From the IMG/VR virus record IMGVR_UViG_3300030397_000442, positions 1-39,156 of that record: 39,156 nucleotides of DNA; one strand, 5' to 3'. The stretch is from a virus. Taxonomy: Duplodnaviria; Caudoviricetes. The notes beneath the pieces are model-generated. The model was not told where the DNA came from. It made no database searches and saw nothing but the letters and a program-made list of their open reading frames with translations. The translations under genes were made by a program, and so were the position numbers. Each line of letters starts with the position of its first letter. Within the stretch, counting starts at the first letter, position 1. This document shows, in pieces, positions 32,342 to 39,156 of the stretch.

Positions 32342-32562
32342 CGACCGAAATCAGCCGATTTCTCGTAAGCATTTGAAAGTATTCAGGTAAAAATGGGGTG
32401 GCCGAGGGGTCTCGAATTGTCTAGCCGGGTTTTTGTGTCCGCCTCTGTCCATTTTTTTGCAATAATTTCAGTGGGTTGAGGACAAGAGGCGGACAAGGAA
32501 GTACAGAGTAGGCTATCTCACCGAAAAATTCACCGAAAAATTCCGGTACCGAAATACCGAAC
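32317..32562. repeat. Integrase arm-type direct repeats and an inverted repeat flanking attP
   Basis: ACCGAA(A) x3 at 32318-32350 and x4 at 32520-32561; TGTCCGCCTCTGTCC / GGACAAGAGGCGGACA inverted repeat between them. Confidence 0.75.
32394..32416 (-). other. attP core matching the 3' end of tRNA-His
   Basis: Minus strand TTCGAGACCCCTCGGCCACCCCA = T-loop, 3' T-stem, acceptor strand and CCA; the GCCACCCCA end is typical of proteobacterial tRNA-His. Confidence 0.85.
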
Positions 32563-32572
32563 AGGAGGCCCC

Positions 32573-32686
32573 ATGGAATTCAGCCCCAAAGAAAAGATCG
32601 CCCACCGCATCGGACTATTCACAGGAGCAGCCATAGTGCAGCTGGCGAACCTTCTGTTCCTGCTCGCACACTGGCCGGAGGGTTAG
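32573..32686 (+). CDS. Small membrane peptide (37 aa) next to attP
   Basis: AGGAGG RBS; MEFSPKEKIAHRIGLFTGAAIVQLANLLFLLAHWPEG; stop overlaps the tailspike stop. Confidence 0.55.
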   Translation: MEFSPKEKIAHRIGLFTGAAIVQLANLLFLLAHWPEG

Positions 32687-35088
32687 CCCGGCACCACCCC
32701 GATGTAATCCCAGGTGACCGTGCCATCGACGATGCCGCTACCCGTGCCTGTGGGGCCACCTGAGCCAGCAGAGGTACCGCCGCTCACACAGTAGTACAAC
32801 TTGCCGGAATCGTTCTCCACGATGTCACCGATGGTGTACGACACAGTGGCCTGCCAGGCTTCCTTCGCATCATCAACCATTTGGCCAGAGTTTATCAGAG
32901 CGGCGCGGATCTGATTTACCGCACCCTGAATCATGGAAACCTGCCCGGTAGTCGGGGGGTTGGAGATCGACTGAGTCAGCGCTGCGACATTGCCTGCAAT
33001 CGTATGCCCTTCCAGTATCCACTCTCCCGATTGATTTCGAGTACCGGCCCGGAAGCTGTATACACAGGACTTCACAATCGGGAACGATGAGGTATAGGAC
33101 TTGTTGTTTCCGACTCGAATGGCGTTACCCCCCTGGGGGTGTACTCGCACATCGTCGTCCGAACTGGACTGAATCAGTATCCTGCTGCCATCGAAGTCGG
33201 CCAGCGCCTCTTCCTGTCGTTGGTAGTCCCACGTAACCCCGCCATCGGTGATGCCCGTTCCAGTGCCTGACGGCCCGCCTGACCCAGCAGAGGTGCCTGC
33301 ACTGGTGCAGATGTAGACCAGACTGCCGTTCACAACCTCGTCATCAACGCTGTACGCCGTGGAGGCCTGCCAAGTGTCCGACCCTGCAACGATTTCCGGC
33401 AGACTGATCTCCACCACCGTGGGAGAGTGCGACCCATCGTACTGGATAAAGCAGTCGTAGTCCTTGACCTCGTATGTGGCCGAGGTGACCCGATGGCGGT
33501 AAAGGTGCTCTGGTGCTGTGTGATAGTGAGCGTGGTTCGCCGTGACCTTCGGGTTAAACCGGGGGTTGTTGTTCTTGATCGTGGTTTCGACGGAGTTGAC
33601 TTGTGTGAACGTCACTTCTGTAAAGTCGGTATCGGAATCGATATAAACGCCCGTTCCGTGGGGGAGTGACTTGGGGCCACCATTGAGGATATGGTTTCCC
33701 ATCCCAATGCCCACGATCTCTGTCCGATTGGTGCTGCGAAGCTCAACACCCACACCAAACGCCTCACACCTCGGGCGCTCAAGGTAGTTTCGCTGCAGGG
33801 TTCCGACTCCAGAGCCATCCAGGAGAAAGCACTTTTCAACGAACTGGCTGTGAACATCGATAAACTTATTGCTATCGGCCCCGCCCGCAAATGGGGCGGT
33901 TACCCTGATACCGTGACTTCCCGGCAAGTAGTCTCGATGACCGGCCAGCGCACCCTGAATCTGAACGAACTTGAACTTCATCGAGAAGGGATGAACCAGA
34001 TCAATCGCCGCGACCTTGTTGAGGTAGCCAGTGAACCCGATGATGTTCCAATACTGGCATTCCCTCTGCCCAGTTTCGTTCTCATCCAGGCCCAGGAACT
34101 GCACACCAATCGGGAAACCGGCAAAGCTACAATTGATCAGCTTGCCGTGTGAGGCAGACCAGAGCTTCAGACCGCCTGCGGTAACCGATGCATTCAACTC
34201 ATCGGCGTAGCCCCCAGCATCCTCGAAATGCATGTTCTCGAAGTGAGGGGCATTGTAGCGCTGCGTAGTGCCGTCACCCCAGGTCAGGCCCCAGCCAGGG
34301 CCAGTGAAGCGCATCACGGTGCCCGAGGTGCTCCCGGCAACATTACCCTGGCCCACTGAGCCAGATCCAATCCATTGCATGCTGGGCAGGTTGGTGGCCA
34401 GTCCGCCCGTAACCTCATGAAGACCAGGGAACCAAGCCACCTTAACGACAGAGGTGTTCAGAAGGTTCTCAATCGCAGTCTGATTCTGTGCAGCAGAGCG
34501 AGAGGGCAGAATGCCCGCCATAGCCGAGTTACAAAGGGTGCCATCACCCGTGCCATTGCGCTTCCAACGACCCGCGCCCACATGGCCTGTAGGCAGGACG
34601 GTGAAAATACCGTCATCTGCGTCAGTGTTTGATGCCTTCCAGACAAATTGACCACCACCACCATCGCCTGCGGTGTAGTAGCCGGAGCAAGTGGCCAGTT
34701 GTCCATCAACCGTGGGGATCAGGTCATAGATGGAGTCTGAGGCATTGGAGTCAACCACGCCGACATTGATGGAGGTTCCTGCACCCGCCCCAGAACCGTA
34801 GTACGGCCCCATCGTCGGGCCTTCGGTATCACCCGAGCTGTTCTTGAGCACCATTTTGTAGATGATGGCGCTGTCGAAAAACAGCTGTATCGGGGTGCCG
34901 GAATTGCTGGGGCGACCCTTCTCGTCAAGAGTGACAGACGTGCCCGCAGACGTGCCCGACTCATCCGAATATATGGGGGTCTCAGTGGAGGTATTCCACA
35001 GGAAGAACTCAACCGAGCCGTTCTCCAGTGGATCTCCGTTCTCGTCAAAATACTGCTGAGTTGTGGGTTCCCCCAGCGTATAGCTCAT
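32683..35088 (-). CDS. Tailspike / receptor-binding protein: head-binding N-terminus, beta-helix, two CBM5/12-like modules
   Basis: QYFDENGDPL..G...LD..GR N-terminus; GYY..GDGGGG.F.W; beta-helix-like repeats; two WQA...Y...D.V...Y.C...GTS modules; start at 35088 with GGAGA RBS. Confidence 0.85.
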   Translation of the reverse strand: MSYTLGEPTTQQYFDENGDPLENGSVEFFLWNTSTETPIYSDESGTSAGTSVTLDEKGRPSNSGTPIQLFFDSAIIYKMVLKNSSGDTEGPTMGPYYGSGAGAGTSINVGVVDSNASDSIYDLIPTVDGQLATCSGYYTAGDGGGGQFVWKASNTDADDGIFTVLPTGHVGAGRWKRNGTGDGTLCNSAMAGILPSRSAAQNQTAIENLLNTSVVKVAWFPGLHEVTGGLATNLPSMQWIGSGSVGQGNVAGSTSGTVMRFTGPGWGLTWGDGTTQRYNAPHFENMHFEDAGGYADELNASVTAGGLKLWSASHGKLINCSFAGFPIGVQFLGLDENETGQRECQYWNIIGFTGYLNKVAAIDLVHPFSMKFKFVQIQGALAGHRDYLPGSHGIRVTAPFAGGADSNKFIDVHSQFVEKCFLLDGSGVGTLQRNYLERPRCEAFGVGVELRSTNRTEIVGIGMGNHILNGGPKSLPHGTGVYIDSDTDFTEVTFTQVNSVETTIKNNNPRFNPKVTANHAHYHTAPEHLYRHRVTSATYEVKDYDCFIQYDGSHSPTVVEISLPEIVAGSDTWQASTAYSVDDEVVNGSLVYICTSAGTSAGSGGPSGTGTGITDGGVTWDYQRQEEALADFDGSRILIQSSSDDDVRVHPQGGNAIRVGNNKSYTSSFPIVKSCVYSFRAGTRNQSGEWILEGHTIAGNVAALTQSISNPPTTGQVSMIQGAVNQIRAALINSGQMVDDAKEAWQATVSYTIGDIVENDSGKLYYCVSGGTSAGSGGPTGTGSGIVDGTVTWDYIGVVPG

Positions 35089-35107
35089 ATCTCTATCTCC
35101 AGATACG

Positions 35108-35132
35108 AAAAAGCCCCGCATTTGCGAGGCTC
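35108..35132 (-). terminator. Intrinsic terminator upstream of the tailspike gene
   Basis: AGCCTCGCA-AA-TGCGGGGCT-TTTT on the minus strand. Confidence 0.7.
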
Positions 35133-35175
35133 TACAGGTGTGGTATGTTTGAAGCCCTGTCAGGGAGGGCTTGTC

Positions 35176-35271
35176 TTGGGATTTTGGGAAACTGTTGGAG
35201 CGATAGTGGTTGCCGGGGTTATTCTATTCGCGCTGAGCGTAATACTCTCCGCCGTCCTCGATAGACTCTAG
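35176..35271 (+). CDS. Moron-like small membrane peptide (31 aa), antisense to the late operon
   Basis: MGFWETVGAIVVAGVILFALSVILSAVLDRL; GGAGGG RBS before TTG; candidate promoter TTGCGA...TG-G-TATGTT at 35122-35149. Confidence 0.6.
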   Translation: MGFWETVGAIVVAGVILFALSVILSAVLDRL

Positions 35272-36959
35272 TTAGCCAGCAACTCTCTGATTGCCTGTAG
35301 CTGCTGCTCCTCGGTTTTTGAGAACAGCTTCCCAAGCGTCTTGTCATACGTCCTGCGGGCCAGATCAGCCTTATTGCCAGTCGCCAGGTCTGCCGCCCCC
35401 CTCGCCACCTCTTTCCCAATATCGCCTTGAAACGAGTTCACAGCAGAGGCGCCGAACAGCCTTTCAAGCTCACTGACAAACGCCACCTGCGCAGTCACAT
35501 TGTCATCCAGGCCGCCCACAACAGAATCGCCTACCTGAACCCCAAGCGGGGTGTTGTAGCGATTCGCCACCCGATCCAGCTCAGCCAGCGCATTACTCAG
35601 TGGTACCCGAGACTGGGCATTGCTGAGCAGGCGCCTTGAGAGCGTCCCTAAAGCCGCGTCAGCGCCCTCCCCGCTCATATCGATGCGATTGCCTGCAATC
35701 TGCTGAAGCCCATCCAGGGCGCCTATAGTCTCGTGCAGGACGGTATTCACTTGGTCGTATTCAGGGAAGTTGGCGTCAAGAATCTCGTCAATCGAGTGTC
35801 GGAATGACCCGAAAATGCCCGCAATTCGGCTATTCAGCGTGGTGTCGGCGTTGTCCTTACCAAACTGCAACTTGTCATCCAGAATTCGCTTGATGTAGTG
35901 CAATTGCTTCGCGTCAGGGGGTGAATTGGCATCCCTGAAGGTTTCCAGCATCTCCCGAACAAGCTGCTGCTGCTTTTTGGCAGTTTTTCCCTGGATCGAT
36001 GAGCCAGAAAAATTCACTTTTCCGGTTTTCGGGTCGAAATCGATACCCTCTCGCCTCAAGGAATCGAGCAAATCGTCCACGGCAGGGCGGAAATCCACAT
36101 AACGGCCTTCCAAGCCATCGGCCACATCAGAAAGCCGCGCCCTGGCGCTCCTGCGGGCCTGATCCACCACCTTCACTCGATCAACAATGGCGTCACCAAC
36201 AATGTCTGAGGGTCGGTGGAGGGATTTGTCCAGTTCGTTCTTCCGGCCTTGCTCCAGAATGTCGACCATTCGAAGCATTTTCTGCTTGGTGGAGGCGTTG
36301 AGGCCCGTGACCATCCCCACAACGCCCTCAGACACGCCCGCCTTGAGCGCATTCTGGCCTACAGGGTCTTTGGTAGCCTTACCCGCGTTGTTCAGCTTCA
36401 TCCCCGCAGCAGCCACATCCCCGGTCTGGTTTTTCAGGGCCAGTTCCGCTTGCAGTTTGGGCGATATTTCGGACACAGCGGGCAATGCGGCACCAGGAGT
36501 GGCGCTACCCATACCCGCGAACTCCGCAGCCGCCTGAGCCGGTTTCGCAAGGTTTCTGCCCGCAACAGGAGCAAGGCCCATTGCACCCGGCACCAGAACC
36601 TCACCAGCGGCGCTCACGGCATCTCTAGCCACTCCAGGCTCCATGTACCCACCCTGCCCCGGTCGATAGCCTGTCAGCTGCTCTATACCCTCTGAGAGAG
36701 TTGGGATTTGGGTTCCGAGAAGTTGATTCACCGCCTTAACAGATGTGTCAGGCACCCACATCAGGGTGCGATTTGCCCCGGCAGCGAGTTCGCCCAGTAC
36801 ATTCTCAACGGCATCAAGGTCGGCTTCGCCATATTGCTGGGTTGCAAGGCCGCTTGTTTGCGGTGCCTCTTGCTGCGGCTCTCTCTCCACCAGCGGCTCG
36901 CCCCCATAGGGGTCGTCTTGCACCAGCGGAATGCCGCCATAGGGGTCGGGGGTACTCAC
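35268..36959 (-). CDS. DNA ejection protein (P22 gp16 position)
   Basis: 563 aa helical protein, third of three ejection genes; DPYGG repeats at the N-terminus. Confidence 0.75.
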   Translation of the reverse strand: MSTPDPYGGIPLVQDDPYGGEPLVEREPQQEAPQTSGLATQQYGEADLDAVENVLGELAAGANRTLMWVPDTSVKAVNQLLGTQIPTLSEGIEQLTGYRPGQGGYMEPGVARDAVSAAGEVLVPGAMGLAPVAGRNLAKPAQAAAEFAGMGSATPGAALPAVSEISPKLQAELALKNQTGDVAAAGMKLNNAGKATKDPVGQNALKAGVSEGVVGMVTGLNASTKQKMLRMVDILEQGRKNELDKSLHRPSDIVGDAIVDRVKVVDQARRSARARLSDVADGLEGRYVDFRPAVDDLLDSLRREGIDFDPKTGKVNFSGSSIQGKTAKKQQQLVREMLETFRDANSPPDAKQLHYIKRILDDKLQFGKDNADTTLNSRIAGIFGSFRHSIDEILDANFPEYDQVNTVLHETIGALDGLQQIAGNRIDMSGEGADAALGTLSRRLLSNAQSRVPLSNALAELDRVANRYNTPLGVQVGDSVVGGLDDNVTAQVAFVSELERLFGASAVNSFQGDIGKEVARGAADLATGNKADLARRTYDKTLGKLFSKTEEQQLQAIRELLAN

Positions 36960-38107
36960 GGCTTGCGCTTCGCCTCCCAGTTCCAGATATAAATAGCGCC
37001 CGAGGGAAGGGCTTCAAACTCCTCCTTGGTTGGATCTCGGACAATCTCAGGCACTTCGCCGAGAAGCTTCGCCCGCACAATGGCGTCGATAGTCCTGAAC
37101 TTCTGCACACGGGCCTCTGCCAGGTCATCGCGTGTCGGCAGCATGTCCATCAGTATCTTCTGATCCGAGTCGGTGAAATTGCCCTCACCCGCCTGGCGGA
37201 ACAGTTGTTTAAGCACCGGGGCGGTGGCAGCAATGGCCCCCTCTGCAATCTGTGCGTTAGCTGTCAGGGCGGGGAGCCAGCTCATGCCGGGGCCGGTTGA
37301 TGTGCCTCCCAGGCCAGTTACAAGCCCGCTCATTGCTGCGTCATACACAGCGAGCGCCCGCTTATTGTCCCGGTCTCGCTGATCTACCGCGTACCGATCT
37401 TCAACCGACAGCACCGCGTCTTTCACTGCGGCCTCCACCTCGGGTTTCAGGTCGGCAGCAGCGAGCAATTTACCGAACTCAGCTCCGTAGCCCTTATCGC
37501 GGGCGATAGAGCCCTCAGAGGCGCCAACGGCTTGAGTCAGCCCCGGCGTAGTCGCAATACGCTCAGCAGCCGAAATTCCGGCCCTCGGAGCAACACCCGC
37601 CTCTACCATCGCGGCATGCTTGTACTCGGGCGAACCAGGCTCAAAGCCCGCAGCCTGCATTCGGGCAGCAAAATCTCGCATACCCGCCGTCTGGTGTTGC
37701 GCACCCATCAGCGCACTCTCCAGCGCCGTGGTCTTAGCCCTCAAGACTTCATCGGAGAAATCCTCACCCTCGAACGAATCCCCTTCCTGCCACACACCCG
37801 CCCTTTGAAGGACAGGGATAAAGGACTCAGCCAGTTGGGCGCGATTCTCAGCAGGGGCCTCCATCAGCGCCTTGGAAACCGCCAGCTGCATCTGCATTTT
37901 GCGGTTCTGATCCACCTGATTCGCACGAGACTCGTACAAATCAGCGTGGGCCGTCCTGTAACGCGCATCAGCCTCCAAAAGCTGGTTCCGAAGGGGGAAG
38001 GACTCCTTATTCTGTTGATGCCTCTGGCCCAGTAACAGGGCGTTCTGGTACTTCCCTGAATAATCTTGAGGCTGCAGCAGCAGAGGAATCCGCGCATCAA
38101 TGGCCAT
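36956..38107 (-). CDS. DNA ejection protein (P22 gp20 position)
   Basis: MAIDARIPL start, Ala/Gln-rich helices, GEGNFTDSD motif; synteny. Confidence 0.75.
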   Translation of the reverse strand: MAIDARIPLLLQPQDYSGKYQNALLLGQRHQQNKESFPLRNQLLEADARYRTAHADLYESRANQVDQNRKMQMQLAVSKALMEAPAENRAQLAESFIPVLQRAGVWQEGDSFEGEDFSDEVLRAKTTALESALMGAQHQTAGMRDFAARMQAAGFEPGSPEYKHAAMVEAGVAPRAGISAAERIATTPGLTQAVGASEGSIARDKGYGAEFGKLLAAADLKPEVEAAVKDAVLSVEDRYAVDQRDRDNKRALAVYDAAMSGLVTGLGGTSTGPGMSWLPALTANAQIAEGAIAATAPVLKQLFRQAGEGNFTDSDQKILMDMLPTRDDLAEARVQKFRTIDAIVRAKLLGEVPEIVRDPTKEEFEALPSGAIYIWNWEAKRKP

Positions 38108-39156
38108 TAATCGAACCTCCCAACCAGATCGCCAAAGAAGCCCAGGGCATTACCAACCCCATTCGCCCAAGCGTTCGCAGAACCCACTTCACCCGCTCCC
38201 AAGGCACTGCCAGCGCCTGTAATCAGGCTGGAGGCATTCACACCCTGGAAGTTGGCGGCATTCTGCCCAATCGTCACGGGGACAAGGGCGCGGTTTACAG
38301 CGGTGTTGGTTAGATTGTCGCCGCGACTCAGGTAGGTGCCGAAGAACTGATCTCCTCGGGCCAAGTAATCAGAGAACAAATCCTTTACCATCCCCCCGGA
38401 ATTGAACTTACCCTGAGCCGCCCCTACGCCCTTCATCTGGCGTGCCGAATGATCCACAGCCGCCTGGAACAAAGGATTATTCTCAAGGAACGTGTACCCC
38501 GTGGGGTCTTGGTTGAAGATTTTGGAGTAATTCGGGGCATTCACCGCATCGACGAGGTTGCCAATAGAGCCTTCCCCGAGATTCAGATAAGGCTGATTCA
38601 ACCGCTCCATCTGGTCGCGTGCCTCTTGTGCAGATTCGGCGATGATCTTGGCCGAGTCTTTTGACGCGCTCGCCTGCTGATCCGCACCCCACAACGAGGC
38701 CCCAATGCCGACTACATCACCGGCTACGTCAAGCCATCCCACTGAACTACCTCCTGCGGCACTACCCGCGCCTGAGCCTACCCAAGCGGGAGTGCCCGTA
38801 GATATTGGTGCGGCGCCTGCCGCTGCTGATAGATTGGGTGCAGCTGCTGCTGCAGTCCCTGAAACTGAACCGGGCACAATTGGGGATAGTCCCGCAGCCG
38901 CTGAGAGGTTCGGGGCCGCTACCGCCGCTGTGCCACTGACTGAACTTGGGATGATGGGGGATAGGGTTGCTGCTCCTGTAGCCGCACCTCCAGCTGCCCC
39001 ACCCCCGAGGCTGGAAGGCCCCACGAGGCCAGTAGTGGACGCAGTGCCGCCTACGCCCGCCCCCCCGGTAGTTCCTGCTGCAGCGCCCCCTGCAAGGGCC
39101 TCAGCCCCCACACCGGCAAAAGCAATAGCCGTCATCAGCGCAGCGGCCTGCCACGG
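38107..39156 (-). CDS. 3' part of P22 gp7-like DNA ejection protein (starts at 447 across the junction)
   Basis: GASLWGADQQA.A...A...Q...PY...G, AAQG...SGG and GQNAA motifs of gp7-like proteins. Confidence 0.8.
   Translation of the reverse strand, partial: PWQAAALMTAIAFAGVGAEALAGGAAAGTTGGAGVGGTASTTGLVGPSSLGGGAAGGAATGAATLSPIIPSSVSGTAAVAAPNLSAAAGLSPIVPGSVSGTAAAAAPNLSAAAGAAPISTGTPAWVGSGAGSAAGGSSVGWLDVAGDVVGIGASLWGADQQASASKDSAKIIAESAQEARDQMERLNQPYLNLGEGSIGNLVDAVNAPNYSKIFNQDPTGYTFLENNPLFQAAVDHSARQMKGVGAAQGKFNSGGMVKDLFSDYLARGDQFFGTYLSRGDNLTNTAVNRALVPVTIGQNAANFQGVNASSLITGAGSALGAGEVGSANAWANGVGNALGFFGDLVGRFD
38815..38964 (-). repeat. 75-bp tandem duplication within the gp7-like gene
   Basis: LSPIIPSSVSGTAAVAAPNLSAAAG / LSPIVPGSVSGTAAAAAPNLSAAAG. 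Confidence 0.9.
39035..39156. repeat. Terminal overlap identical to 2-123
   Basis: Direct sequence identity. Confidence 0.95.

Larger units (their letters stand above)
1..39156. mobile_element. Complete temperate podovirus-like bacteriophage genome (excised/attP form)
   Basis: Head, tail, packaging, replication, immunity and integration modules; intact attP; circular overlap. Confidence 0.93.

Noticed and set aside
32394-32470. Intact tRNA gene
   Set aside because: Only the 3' 23 nt match; no D-arm or anticodon arm upstream on the minus strand.
32317-32562. CRISPR-like array from ACCGAAA repeats
   Set aside because: Repeats are 7-12 bp without regular unique spacers and flank attP, as expected for arm-type sites.

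Overview
The window is an apparently complete, circularly assembled temperate phage genome of about 39,033 bp (positions 2-123 repeat 39035-39156). It is a podovirus-like mosaic. It has a BPP-1-like major capsid and cement protein, a P22-like portal, tail hub, three ejection proteins and a tailspike, and a PBSX/Sf6-like terminase. Control is lambdoid: cI/cro/cII-like genes with five 15-bp operators, a YdaU-type initiator with internal iterons plus a P-like loader, a nin region and a Q-like antiterminator. The early accessory arm carries RecT, SSB, CsrA, DUF5131, Lar-like, HAD and J-domain genes, then xis/int and an attP matching the 3' end of tRNA-His. The LexA box type, csrA and ssb point to a gammaproteobacterial host (inference). 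The most notable observation is an induction switch. The repressor lacks a self-cleaving S24 domain and is overlapped antisense by an unannotated 51-aa ORF that resembles the repressor's own C-terminal helices. That ORF lies downstream of a promoter whose -35 sits inside a perfect LexA box. Other oddities are a GHKL ATPase with permuted motif order fused to a zincin-like domain, no recognisable endolysin, paralogous basic genes flanking the packaging module, twin tRNA-like intergenic folds and small antisense membrane-peptide genes. All family assignments come from motif recognition by eye; no searches were run.
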